64,000 nucleotides of DNA from positions 3,584,001 to 3,648,000 of the forward strand of contig OZ242005.1 of the NCBI GenBank assembly GCA_965204725.1. Reading direction: 5' to 3'. Below the pieces are notes generated by a model. The model was not told the origin of the DNA, made no database searches, and saw only the letters and a program-made list of their open reading frames with translations. Origin of the DNA: Candidatus Latescibacterota bacterium (GTDB taxonomy: Bacteria; Latescibacterota; UBA2968; UBA8231). Positions within the stretch are counted from its first letter, which is position 1. Each line of letters opens with the position of its first letter. Below, piece by piece: positions 1 through 8,917 of the stretch. The translations under genes were made by a program, and so were the position numbers.

Positions 1-1133
1 GTCATCGGCAAATTTTTGTACCCGGGCCTTAGGCCGTCGTTGAAGATCGCCACCGAGCTCTCGTCGAGCAGCGGGTTGCCTTCCTCATCCACGGCGACAT
101 TTCCCTCCTCGTCGAGTAGGTACACCGGCACGATCGGGCCTTGCAAAAAATCGTAGCCCGCGGCCGGCGGTGCCAGCCCAAAGTTCACGTAATGGGAGTC
201 GTCGTCAATTGAGTTATACACGTATCCGAGGCTCAAATCGACATCGGCGCCGGCAAAGTCGTCGCCAAAGTCGCCCAAGTCCGGGTCGGACCATTGGGCC
301 AAGTACATGTCCTCGACGCGCGCCGTGTCCGGCGTACTTTCAGTGCCCTTGTAAATGACCTTGTACTTCTTAAAAATCGCGTCGCCCAGCGCGTCCGTGC
401 GGGCGTACCCCCACAGCGTCACCTGCGTTTCCATGCCAATCGGCAGGGCGCCGTAGAGGCTGGCGACAGCCCCTTCGTCCAAGTCGTTGACCGCGAACCA
501 GATCACTTGGTCGGCATTGGCCAGCCCCGGCTCGTCCACCGCGGGGTCGTAGCTTCCGTCGCCGTTGTTGTCGTAAAAGGGAGCGCCCAACTCGGCCGGC
601 CATTCCATCCAGTCGCGCTCGTATTGGGCGCGCACGGCCTCCTCATCGGCCGCGGTGACTGCGCTCAGGCCCTTGTTGAGGACCTCAGAGGCGTCAAGGC
701 GCAAATCAGCGGTAGCATAGTCGCGGCGAATTCGGTACAGACGCGCTGTATCGCGGTCTTGGGCCACCCCCTTCGACTCAATGACGCCCGGGACCGTGCC
801 AATGGCATAGGTCTGGCCGCCAACTCGCAACTCCTGTGGGTTGCCGTCGAGGACCCGCCCGCCCCAAATCAAGCCGTCCTGATAGATGACTTGGTCGGTC
901 GAGCGCGGAAACGTCACGCCCGCGCCGCTCGTGATCGGGTGGTGGGCCGACGCGCCATTACTCTGGATCCACATGGCCATGTTGTTGATGTTGAGCATCG
1001 TCCACTCGGTCGAGACCTTAACGGCGTCTTCTTGGAGGGCTTTGGCCGCCCGGCCATAGAACGGGTCGCGTGCCTCGGCCGGGCCGATCGCCAGCCCAGC
1101 CGCAGCTATCATTCCAAAAATGAGTTTTCGCAT
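1..1133 (-). CDS. Secreted protein, partner of the TonB-dependent receptor (3' end runs off the window; missing from the ORF track)
   Basis: Open frame from ATG at 1133, read by hand: MRKLIFGMIAAAGLAIGPAEARDP...LNINNMAMWIQSNG...GVTFPRSTDQVIYQDGLIWGG...WMEWPAELGAPFYDNNGDGSYDP...DQVIWFAVND...WSDPDLGDFGDDFAGAD...APPAAGYDFLQGP. It has a signal peptide and DxNxDG Ca-binding-like motifs, and resembles the large secreted proteins that follow TBDRs in FCB-group genomes. Confidence 0.8.
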   Translation of the reverse strand, partial: MRKLIFGMIAAAGLAIGPAEARDPFYGRAAKALQEDAVKVSTEWTMLNINNMAMWIQSNGASAHHPITSGAGVTFPRSTDQVIYQDGLIWGGRVLDGNPQELRVGGQTYAIGTVPGVIESKGVAQDRDTARLYRIRRDYATADLRLDASEVLNKGLSAVTAADEEAVRAQYERDWMEWPAELGAPFYDNNGDGSYDPAVDEPGLANADQVIWFAVNDLDEGAVASLYGALPIGMETQVTLWGYARTDALGDAIFKKYKVIYKGTESTPDTARVEDMYLAQWSDPDLGDFGDDFAGADVDLSLGYVYNSIDDDSHYVNFGLAPPAAGYDFLQGPIVPVYLLDEEGNVAVDEEGNPLLDESSVAIFNDGLRPGYKNLPM

Positions 1134-1158
1134 GGTGTACTTCCTCGCTTTTAAGCGG

Positions 1159-4100
1159 CTAGAAGTCGAATTGCAAACCAAAGCGTATCTGCCGCGGTGA
1201 GTCGTAGATGTCGCCGCCTTCGGTGGACCAGTAGTGCTGGCGGTTGAGCAAGTTGACGGCCTCGTAGAGCTGCTGGTACTGCAAGCCGCCGCTGGCCTCG
1301 ACGATCTGCTGGCTCAGATCCGGGTTCGTCAAAAAGCCGTCGTCCTTGTCGTTGCCGGTCCGGCCGTACACGTTAATTACGTTCTGGCGGTTGAACAGGT
1401 TTTGCACGTACGCGTAAATCTGGGCATTGACCCCATAGAGCGAAAAGCCCTTGTCGATCCGCAAGCCGACCTCAAAGGTCCAAGGCGTCGCCGAGCGGTT
1501 GATGGACTCAACGGGCTTGCGCGAGCGCGGGTCGTCGCTGGCGAGGATGCCGCCTTCTTCCGGCCCGCGCTGGCCGATTGAGCCATCTACGAGCGTGAAG
1601 TTGTAGCCGCTGGCAAACCGCGCCAGCAGGTTGGCCCCCAAGCTGCGGAGGAACGGGTTCGCTTCGTTGTCGGCAAAGCGGTAGTCCAAAAGCAGGGAGC
1701 CGCGGTGCGTCTGGTTGAAGTCGAGCGGGGAGATGATCGTCGGCACGTCCGTGTCGTTCTCCACGCCCGACTGCGCCGATGTCAGGGTCGAACCGGTGCC
1801 GCGCGCGTCGGACAGGGTGTAGTTCAACTCGGCCCGCACGCGGTTGATCCGCCGCACCTTGAACTGGAACTCAATGCCCTTGGTCGTGGCAAAATCGCCG
1901 TTCTGCAAGTACGTGAACGAGCCGGCCTCCCTTGCGTCGGCCGACACCTCTTGCCGCCGGATTTGGATCTGGCCCTTGACGTCGCGGTAGAAACTCGTCA
2001 CGTCAAACGAGGCAAAATCCGCGAACTGACGCTCAAAGCCGATCTCGTATTGGGTCGTGCGTACCGGCTCAACGTCAAAGGCTGTGGGCGTGAGGATGAA
2101 GTTTTGTCCCCCCAACTCTAGGGCCAGCCGCGCCCCGCCGGTGAACATCTCGCGCATGCGCGGCATCTGGGAGAAGCGCCCGTACTGCACGTGAAAGACC
2201 GTCAGGTCCGACACCGGGAACGAAAAGCCCAAGCGCGGGCTGACCTCCGTATAGGCCGCTGTCTTCTCCATGTAGGTGCCGGCCGAGTCTGCGATCACCA
2301 GAGTGCGCTCCTTTTCGTCAACCACCGGCGCCGCTTGATCGACAAAGCGCCAACTCGCCGCATCAAAGTAATCCAAGCGCAACCCGGCGTTGATGATCAG
2401 ATCATTGTATTCAATTTTGTCTTGGACGTAGGCCGAGCCGACCACGGGCTTGCGCGGGTCTTGCAGCGGGTCGGCCGACGAGTCAATGGAGCGGCCAAAC
2501 TCGTCGTAGCCAAAGAAGTCGCCCGAGCTGCGGCGTAGAAACCGCTTGAGGTCATCGAGGCTCCCCTCGCCTTCGGGCAGGCCCTCGGCGGTTTTGATGA
2601 GCTCGTCGAGGATCGCGCCCTCGGCGAGCTCGCCGCTGTAGTACCGCTGGTACACTTCGTCTAGCTCGGGGTAGGTCGCGGCGATGCCTGAGCGAATGGA
2701 CCCGTTGAAAATGCTGTGGCGGCGCGACGTCCACATCTGGTAGTCAAAGCCGGCCTTGAGCTGATGGACCGCGGTCTGCTTGGTAATGCTGCCGGCCAAG
2801 CCCCAATAGCGGTCCTGTTCCTTGCCGTACCAAGCGCCCGTGCTGTTGCCCGACCCAGAATTGGTAGGCGAACCCGGGCGGTTGAACGGAAACCCGCTCA
2901 GGTCATACGGCTCGGGAATCGACCCGTTGGCCGTATAGGGGGTGTACTCCGGGCCGCCTTCCAAGGCCCGCTGGACGGCCACGCTGTCGTTGTACACCCA
3001 CCAACGCTCTTTGAACAACCCGTCAAAACTCTCTCGTCCCTGATTGTAGAAACTGACGTTCATTTCGTAGAACAGGCTCGGGTCGAGCAAGTGGATGGCC
3101 TTTAGGTTGACCAAGCTCGACGAGAGCGTCTGCTCGTTGAGGCGTTCTTGGTTGAGGATGTTTTTGATGGGGTTGATATTGAGGTCGCGTTGCCCGGCCG
3201 AGTGCAGGCCCGTGACCCGGAACAGGATGGGGTTGTAGTTGAAGTGCAGGGTGCCGTTGAAGTCGGTGATATAGCTGCCGGTGTGCGGGATATTGCCCGG
3301 CTTGACCTCCAGCCGCTCGACCACGTCTGGGATGGGATTGCCTTCCTCGTCTTTGGCCCAATGCACGCGCCCTTGGCGATTGCCCGTATCCACCAGATTC
3401 TCGAATTCAAACCCCGACCAGAAGGTCGGTCGATACTCCCGGTACCACCGCTGACCGGCGAGAAAGGCGCGGATGTTTTGGTTGCCCGCGACCGGGCCGC
3501 CGGCCGTGATCACTTGGCTGGAATAGCCATAAGAGTACGTGCCAAAGCGCTCCTCAAAGTCGGAAGTGAAATTGTCCGACTCGGCAATGACCCTGAAGTC
3601 CCAATCGCGGCCTCCGGTGCGCAGCTCCTGCAAGACGATGCCGGCGTTGGCCCCGCCGTACTCGGCGTTGAAGCCGCCGGCCTGTAGCTGAATTTCTTCT
3701 AGGGCTTCGTCGATCAGGCCCACAGCGCTGCCGCCGGTGATTATGTTGCGGACGCTGGCCCCATCGACGTAGTAGCCAATTTCGTCGGAGCGCGAGCCGC
3801 GGATGTGCAACGCCCCCTCGTCTTCAACCACGCCGGCCTGCAAAGCCAAGACTTGGCCGACGCCTCGGAACGGCAGAATTTCTAGGTCCTCGGCCCCGAC
3901 AATCCGCACCGCATTGGTGGCGTTTTTGTCGATGATCGGCCGCTCGGCCCGGATGACCACTTCCTCGACTTGGATATCCGCAGAAGTCAGGTCAATGTCG
4001 AGGTTCGTAGTCAGGTCGGCCGAGACTCGCACATCCTCCACTGTATAGTCTGCGTAGCCGATGTACGTGGCCTTGAGTGTGTAGGTGCCCGCCGGCACGT

Positions 4101-4314
4101 TGAGAATAAAGAAGCGGCCCTTTTCATCGGCCGTGGTCCCCAGCTTGGTCCCGACCACTGCGACATTGGCTTGGGGCAGCCCATCCCCGGTGGTGGCATC
4201 CTTGACGACACCGGCTATTTTGCCGCCCGTACTAGCCCCGGCCGGCGCCAAGCTCAGCGCGAGCAGGACGCCCAGTGCGGTCACAACGCGAATAACGCCT
4301 GCGAATTTGGTCAT
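1159..4314 (-). CDS. TonB-dependent receptor with N-terminal carboxypeptidase-regulatory-like domain
   Basis: Signal peptide; GKIAGVVKDATTGDGLPQANV...GTTADEKGRFFILNVPAGTY domain; plug motif LHIRGSRSDEIGYYVDG and GGFNAEYG; barrel motifs NAGLRLDY and SPRLGFSFP; C-terminus RQIRFGLQFDF; SD AAGGAGGAG. Confidence 0.92.
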   Translation of the reverse strand: MTKFAGVIRVVTALGVLLALSLAPAGASTGGKIAGVVKDATTGDGLPQANVAVVGTKLGTTADEKGRFFILNVPAGTYTLKATYIGYADYTVEDVRVSADLTTNLDIDLTSADIQVEEVVIRAERPIIDKNATNAVRIVGAEDLEILPFRGVGQVLALQAGVVEDEGALHIRGSRSDEIGYYVDGASVRNIITGGSAVGLIDEALEEIQLQAGGFNAEYGGANAGIVLQELRTGGRDWDFRVIAESDNFTSDFEERFGTYSYGYSSQVITAGGPVAGNQNIRAFLAGQRWYREYRPTFWSGFEFENLVDTGNRQGRVHWAKDEEGNPIPDVVERLEVKPGNIPHTGSYITDFNGTLHFNYNPILFRVTGLHSAGQRDLNINPIKNILNQERLNEQTLSSSLVNLKAIHLLDPSLFYEMNVSFYNQGRESFDGLFKERWWVYNDSVAVQRALEGGPEYTPYTANGSIPEPYDLSGFPFNRPGSPTNSGSGNSTGAWYGKEQDRYWGLAGSITKQTAVHQLKAGFDYQMWTSRRHSIFNGSIRSGIAATYPELDEVYQRYYSGELAEGAILDELIKTAEGLPEGEGSLDDLKRFLRRSSGDFFGYDEFGRSIDSSADPLQDPRKPVVGSAYVQDKIEYNDLIINAGLRLDYFDAASWRFVDQAAPVVDEKERTLVIADSAGTYMEKTAAYTEVSPRLGFSFPVSDLTVFHVQYGRFSQMPRMREMFTGGARLALELGGQNFILTPTAFDVEPVRTTQYEIGFERQFADFASFDVTSFYRDVKGQIQIRRQEVSADAREAGSFTYLQNGDFATTKGIEFQFKVRRINRVRAELNYTLSDARGTGSTLTSAQSGVENDTDVPTIISPLDFNQTHRGSLLLDYRFADNEANPFLRSLGANLLARFASGYNFTLVDGSIGQRGPEEGGILASDDPRSRKPVESINRSATPWTFEVGLRIDKGFSLYGVNAQIYAYVQNLFNRQNVINVYGRTGNDKDDGFLTNPDLSQQIVEASGGLQYQQLYEAVNLLNRQHYWSTEGGDIYDSPRQIRFGLQFDF

Positions 4315-4345
4315 ATCTCCCTCCTTATGGAGTAGTTCGATACCC

Positions 4346-5059
4346 CTACATCAGATGCAGCCAATCCTCTAAAAGAAAGGTCACGCGCCCGATCAACAGC
4401 GAGACCCTCGCCATAATGGTGTACCCAAACGAAGCACCAAACGAGACCATCAAAAACCATATCCCCACCTTGGAGACATGGCCCGCCGCGCTGGTGTGCT
4501 CAACCGAAAAGAAAAAGTAAACCAACACCCCGACGACCCCGACTAGGACGATCAGCAGGTTGAGCCCTTCTACGCTCCAAGTGAGCGGCTGTAATGTAGG
4601 CTCAATTTGGGCGAGAATAAAGGAAGAAATATAGCGGGGAATCGTCCATCCGGCCCCGAGCCCTACGAAAAACGCAAACGCATAGCGGCTGAGCCAACCG
4701 AAGCGCAACGAAAAGCGCGTCAACATCAAAAGCCCGAGCACGGTCGGGGCCAACAGCCACCAGTTGGGCGTCTCCCCTTCCCCCGGATCGGTCCATTCGG
4801 CGATGAGCTCGCCGTAGATCGTCGGATACCAGTACTGGCCGAATACATAGGCCGCGGCCACGCCGACGAAGACGTGCTCGGCAAACTTGAAGAGCGGGTT
4901 GTCCTTGTAGAGGAAGCTATACAGCGCCAAGGTCATGCCAGCGGCGACTATGACGCCGAAACCGGTCCAGTCGGCCGCCAAGATCCCGCTGGCCACCAAG
5001 GCGATGTTGACGGCCGCAAACAGCAACACAAAACCCAACAAGACATACGTATCGCGCAT
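4346..5059 (-). CDS. Polytopic membrane protein of the GlmL/DUF6754 cluster
   Basis: About 7-8 hydrophobic segments; motifs YSFLYKDNPLFKFAEHVFVG, LVYFFFS and MVSFGASFGYTIMARVSLLIGR; 3-bp gap to the upstream gene. Confidence 0.8.
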   Translation of the reverse strand: MRDTYVLLGFVLLFAAVNIALVASGILAADWTGFGVIVAAGMTLALYSFLYKDNPLFKFAEHVFVGVAAAYVFGQYWYPTIYGELIAEWTDPGEGETPNWWLLAPTVLGLLMLTRFSLRFGWLSRYAFAFFVGLGAGWTIPRYISSFILAQIEPTLQPLTWSVEGLNLLIVLVGVVGVLVYFFFSVEHTSAAGHVSKVGIWFLMVSFGASFGYTIMARVSLLIGRVTFLLEDWLHLM

Positions 5060-5062
5060 GGC

Positions 5063-5881
5063 TCAGCACTCCTGCGGAGATCGGCCCCGCCGGGCGGCGA
5101 AGTACGCGATGTTGCCAAAAATCACGAAGGCGACAATGACCAGATGGGTCACCGACTGGGGCGACATGCTCTTGTTGGCCGCATCGCGGTGGTCGATCAG
5201 GACCTCGTATTCGGCGGCACCGGCCAAGCCGCCGAGCAGGCCCACGAGCTGGCCCGATCCGAGGAATGGGTAGAGATCCGGGGCCATTACTGCGGTGCAG
5301 CCGGCCGCAAAGGGGAAGCCGTACTTCTCCTGCCCGAAGGGGATCCACCAAAACTCAATCGAATCCCCGGCCCCTAAGTCAAAGACGAAGTCGAAATCGC
5401 GCAGCGAGCGCAAACCCCGCATCAGCTCCAAGTCGCCGACGCTTGTGCCCCAGTTGTCCTGCGGAAACGCGCCGGGTACGTCGTGCCCCATGTTGAGTAT
5501 GACGCTAGAGGTCCCGGGCTTATAGCCCAGAAAGGCGTACTCCACGCCGTAGGTCAAATCGAATTCGGCCGCCATCTCCTCGAGCACCGCTTGGGCTAGC
5601 CCGGTCGCTTCGGGCCACAGGCAGATGGCGACTACCTTGAGCTGGCGGCTAAATGCGTGGCGCAAAATCGCCCGCGCCATGGGCTGCATCTCCGGGGCCG
5701 TGCTGGCGCCGTAGGAGAAGGAGACTAATACGACCTGCCCGGCGGCGAGCTGTTCAAATTGGTCGTACGCCGCTCGTACTTGCTTGCTCGGCGTAATCGG
5801 CAGGTGCAGCCCGATCAAGAGCGGCCCGACCACGCCCAAAAACACCAAGGCGAAGAGAATGCGGCGGTCAATTTGGATCAT
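5063..5881 (-). CDS. Membrane-anchored alpha/beta-domain protein (N- and C-terminal TM helices), GlmL/DUF6754 cluster
   Basis: N-terminal TM, soluble domain (..YGVEYAFLGYKPG..GQLVGLLGGLAGAAEYE), C-terminal TM; ATGA overlap with the upstream gene. Confidence 0.8.
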   Translation of the reverse strand: MIQIDRRILFALVFLGVVGPLLIGLHLPITPSKQVRAAYDQFEQLAAGQVVLVSFSYGASTAPEMQPMARAILRHAFSRQLKVVAICLWPEATGLAQAVLEEMAAEFDLTYGVEYAFLGYKPGTSSVILNMGHDVPGAFPQDNWGTSVGDLELMRGLRSLRDFDFVFDLGAGDSIEFWWIPFGQEKYGFPFAAGCTAVMAPDLYPFLGSGQLVGLLGGLAGAAEYEVLIDHRDAANKSMSPQSVTHLVIVAFVIFGNIAYFAARRGRSPQEC

Positions 5882-6537
5882 TCGTCGCCTCCACCGCCCA
5901 AATACGAACGCTCAATGCCGAAAATGATTCGCAGCGAGGTCGCGATGGCCCCGAGCGACACCCCGAGCAGAATGCCGCGCTTGGCCGCTAAGTTCGGCAC
6001 ACTCATGAGCCAGTCGGTCGCCAGCGGAAAAAACTCCGAGATTTCTCGGCCAATGGGCACTCGGCCCAGCATGACGATCACCGCGGCGATCAGCAACAGC
6101 GCGGCCTCGGGCGTGCGGGCGCGAAAGGTCCGGTAGGCCGCCGAAGCGATGAAAAAGGCCAAGATCGAAAACATGGTGCCCGAACAAGGCAGGTGGACGT
6201 ACTGAAAGAGCCAGTTGTAGCCCCCGGCTTCGGCTTGGGCGACAAAGGGACCGCGGCCATCGTTGTACACGACGAAGAACATCATCAGCGCAAAGCTGGC
6301 GATGGCAACCAAGCTGTAGCCCCAACCGACGACGTGCTGGCGGATCCGCTGCCAATGCAGGTTGAGCAGGCTGTACAGGCCGAGCAGGTAGGCAAACGCG
6401 GAGATGATCCGCACCCACTTTGCCATTTCGCGCTCAAATCCTTGGGCATGGCTGTGCGGTATGTAGTAGATGGCAATGCCCAGCAGGCCAAAGACTAAGG
6501 CGATAGCCAGCGGCACGGTGCGGCTAAAAAACAGCAT
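5878..6537 (-). CDS. Polytopic membrane protein of the GlmL/DUF6754 cluster
   Basis: About 6 TM segments; motifs TMFSILAFFIASAAYRTFRAR and AAKRGILLGVSLG..LRIIFGIER; SD GAGGAGG. Confidence 0.8.
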   Translation of the reverse strand: MLFFSRTVPLAIALVFGLLGIAIYYIPHSHAQGFEREMAKWVRIISAFAYLLGLYSLLNLHWQRIRQHVVGWGYSLVAIASFALMMFFVVYNDGRGPFVAQAEAGGYNWLFQYVHLPCSGTMFSILAFFIASAAYRTFRARTPEAALLLIAAVIVMLGRVPIGREISEFFPLATDWLMSVPNLAAKRGILLGVSLGAIATSLRIIFGIERSYLGGGGDE

Positions 6538-6546
6538 GGCCCCTCC

Positions 6547-7794
6547 TCAATAGGGAGTAAAGAAGTAGGTTAGCTGGGGGAACAGCCCGGCCGTTGCCAA
6601 GAGCGTACCCAACGCCAAGACGGCCAAAATAAGGGCCTTGCCGGCGTCTTGGCCCTTGAGAGTGCCCAGCATCCGCGGCTCACCGGATAGATAGGCACTG
6701 GCGGCGTAGAGCTCTTCGCCGAGCAGTGTATAGTCGCAGGTAGTAATGAAGAACGGCAACTGGGTGAAGGCGTCGGTGCCGGCGATCTGGATCGCCCCAG
6801 TAGTAGAACCTGTCTCGGCCAACAGCAGGGACTCGGCGTAGAAATATCCCATCATAATGTGGGCGGCTGGCCGGTCGCGGAGCATGAGGCCCTCGACAGC
6901 GGCTGCATAGCTAAACTGCTCGGCCCCGGCGATGAAGACGTGATCGGGGTTGAAGGCATCGGGCCGCCCCGCCTCGATGTACGAGGCTTTCACCGTCTCC
7001 TGACTCACGGACATGACCACTGGATCGGGCGCGACCACCCGCAGCGCGGTGTCGTATTCGGCCGTGCGCCGCGCGACCCGCCCCAAGATGTTGACCGCGG
7101 CAATGGTCGAAATCTGGCTCATGTCGCGCAGGCCGTGGATGAAAAGCACCGGCTTGCCCATCTCGGTCGCCCGCCCCAACGCTTCGTCAAGGGCTTCTAG
7201 CCCGGCAATGCGGCGAATTTTGAGTTCGCGGCGACGCGCAATGCCAATGTAGCCCATGATAAGCCCTGAAAACAGGAGGCATAACACCAGATTATTGGCC
7301 TTGGCGCGATTGAAGAAATTGCCGGCCGACTCGGCTTGGACGATCACTTTGCCGCGGATCGCGCCCCCGGCCGACCGCACATCCACGTGAAAGTAGTACG
7401 TCTTGCCGTCTTCCAACGGGGTCTTTCCGCCCGCGCCCGCAAATTCTTCGACGTTGACGTAATGGCGATTCGCTAGCTCGTCCCCGTGCCCAAAGAGCGC
7501 CGGGGCCTCGGCCATCAAATTCTCCGTGGCCGCGACCTCGGCCGCGACGCGAAAAGGCCCGTTGGGCGAGTCGGCGATAGCTACCTGATAAATCGCGTTT
7601 TCACTGATTTGACGGTCCCGCGGCCAAGTCAGGGTAATACTGCCCCCGTCGTCGTTGGGGGTGTCAAAGGCTTGGACCTCAATCGGCGGCTTAGGGTGGG
7701 CCAGCAGTGTGCCCAGCCCTTGTTCTGCATTTTCCGCCGCGCTCGCCAACGGCCAAGCCAAGACGAGTGTAGATAGCCAGCTTTTTGCGCTCAT
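6547..7794 (-). CDS. DUF6754-like protein with N-terminal FN3-like extracytoplasmic domain
   Basis: Signal peptide; DTPNDDGGSITLTW...LEDGKTYYF FN3-like module; TM; then IRRIAGLEALDEALGRATEMGKPV...GYFYAESLLLAETG..GAIQIAGT..QLPFFITTCDYTLLGEELYAASAYL; C-terminal TM. Start moved to ATG 7794. Confidence 0.75.
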   Translation of the reverse strand: MSAKSWLSTLVLAWPLASAAENAEQGLGTLLAHPKPPIEVQAFDTPNDDGGSITLTWPRDRQISENAIYQVAIADSPNGPFRVAAEVAATENLMAEAPALFGHGDELANRHYVNVEEFAGAGGKTPLEDGKTYYFHVDVRSAGGAIRGKVIVQAESAGNFFNRAKANNLVLCLLFSGLIMGYIGIARRRELKIRRIAGLEALDEALGRATEMGKPVLFIHGLRDMSQISTIAAVNILGRVARRTAEYDTALRVVAPDPVVMSVSQETVKASYIEAGRPDAFNPDHVFIAGAEQFSYAAAVEGLMLRDRPAAHIMMGYFYAESLLLAETGSTTGAIQIAGTDAFTQLPFFITTCDYTLLGEELYAASAYLSGEPRMLGTLKGQDAGKALILAVLALGTLLATAGLFPQLTYFFTPY

Positions 7795-7798
7795 GCCT

Positions 7799-8914
7799 TT
7801 ATCCTTCAATCAACTCCACATTCGCCCGCGGGACTACGGCCTGCTCTCCGCCTTCAAACTCGACAGCCAACACCCGCACCCGCGCCCCGGACTCTACCTC
7901 GCACAACTCGGTCGGCAAGTCTCTGACGCGCCCAACCCGCCCAAAATAGGGCATCCGAATCACGCGCAACAAATCGCCCACCTGCAACCCGGTCTCGCCC
8001 GGCCGCCCCTCTTCTTCCCCTGTGTCAGCGGCTGCGGGGATGATGATTTCCGGCCGCAACACGCCGGCGCGAATCTGAGTCGCGCCGGCCATAGACGCAT
8101 CCATGCCAGCACACGCTTGTAGAATGTCAAAGGGCTTGCGGGCCATGGCGACGCGGCCAAAGCCCTCGGTCGCTACCACGGTCAGGCCGATTTGCTCGGT
8201 CCCGGTGATGGCCACGCCCAAGTCGCGCCCGAGCAGGTCTCGTAGGTCGCGGTCGCGCAGGCCGCCGCCAATCAACCCCACGGCCCCGGCCTGCCGGGCC
8301 TGTTCTACGGTCTCCGCGCTAATCAGGCTGCCGACCACTGCGATCTTGCCCGCCACTTCGGGACCCAGCGGCCCGACGAGGGCGTCCGGGGCATCAACCG
8401 CCAAGTGCAGCGCACCCCAGCACTCACCCCCCACGCCGAAAATGCCTTGGATATACGCACCGCACGCTGCGACGCGCACTCCCTCCGCGGCAAAGACCTC
8501 CTCTACGACCCCATCGACGTACGCCAGCACTTCAACCGGCTTAGGTGCTTGGCGCAAAATCACCTGCCCCGTAACCGGCGAAATGCTTTCGACCGTGCCG
8601 CGGACCGGGGATTCAATGGTGGTCTTGAACCACCGAATAAACGGCTTGGTCGCGGCGAGCGGCTCGCCGGCTTCGACTCGGTCGCCTTCTTTTTTGAGCA
8701 TGTAGCCGGATAGTTCGCGCGGCGCGATGCCCAAGCGGTTGACCAAGTTGAGAGTCGCCACCTCGCCCGGCAGTTCGGTGCGCGCCACGACTTGGTCGCG
8801 GCGCACCGCTTGGCCGCGCTCGACGACCACTTCGCCTTTGAGGGGCAACCGCCGCTCTTTGTGGACGACTGCGCGTTGCGTCACGCGCAGCCCAGGGGTA
8901 TAAGCGTGGGCCAT
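7799..8914 (-). CDS. Conserved soluble protein with barrel-sandwich-hybrid-like repeats and a C-terminal KOW-like motif
   Basis: RRLPLKGEVVVERGQAV, LKKEGDRVEAGEPLA..IESPVRGTVESISPVTGQV (hybrid-motif-like), GIFGVGGE, and LQVGDLLRVIRMPYFGRVGRV..VPRANVELI (KOW-like). Confidence 0.75.
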   Translation of the reverse strand: MAHAYTPGLRVTQRAVVHKERRLPLKGEVVVERGQAVRRDQVVARTELPGEVATLNLVNRLGIAPRELSGYMLKKEGDRVEAGEPLAATKPFIRWFKTTIESPVRGTVESISPVTGQVILRQAPKPVEVLAYVDGVVEEVFAAEGVRVAACGAYIQGIFGVGGECWGALHLAVDAPDALVGPLGPEVAGKIAVVGSLISAETVEQARQAGAVGLIGGGLRDRDLRDLLGRDLGVAITGTEQIGLTVVATEGFGRVAMARKPFDILQACAGMDASMAGATQIRAGVLRPEIIIPAAADTGEEEGRPGETGLQVGDLLRVIRMPYFGRVGRVRDLPTELCEVESGARVRVLAVEFEGGEQAVVPRANVELIEG

Positions 8915-8917
8915 GAG

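Noticed and set aside
294-1154. 286-aa plus-strand ORF, and many other long plus-strand ORFs such as 12052-12858, 13130-14194 and 59997-61277
   Set aside because: Antisense shadows of well-supported minus-strand genes in high-GC DNA; no motifs, SD or plausible composition.
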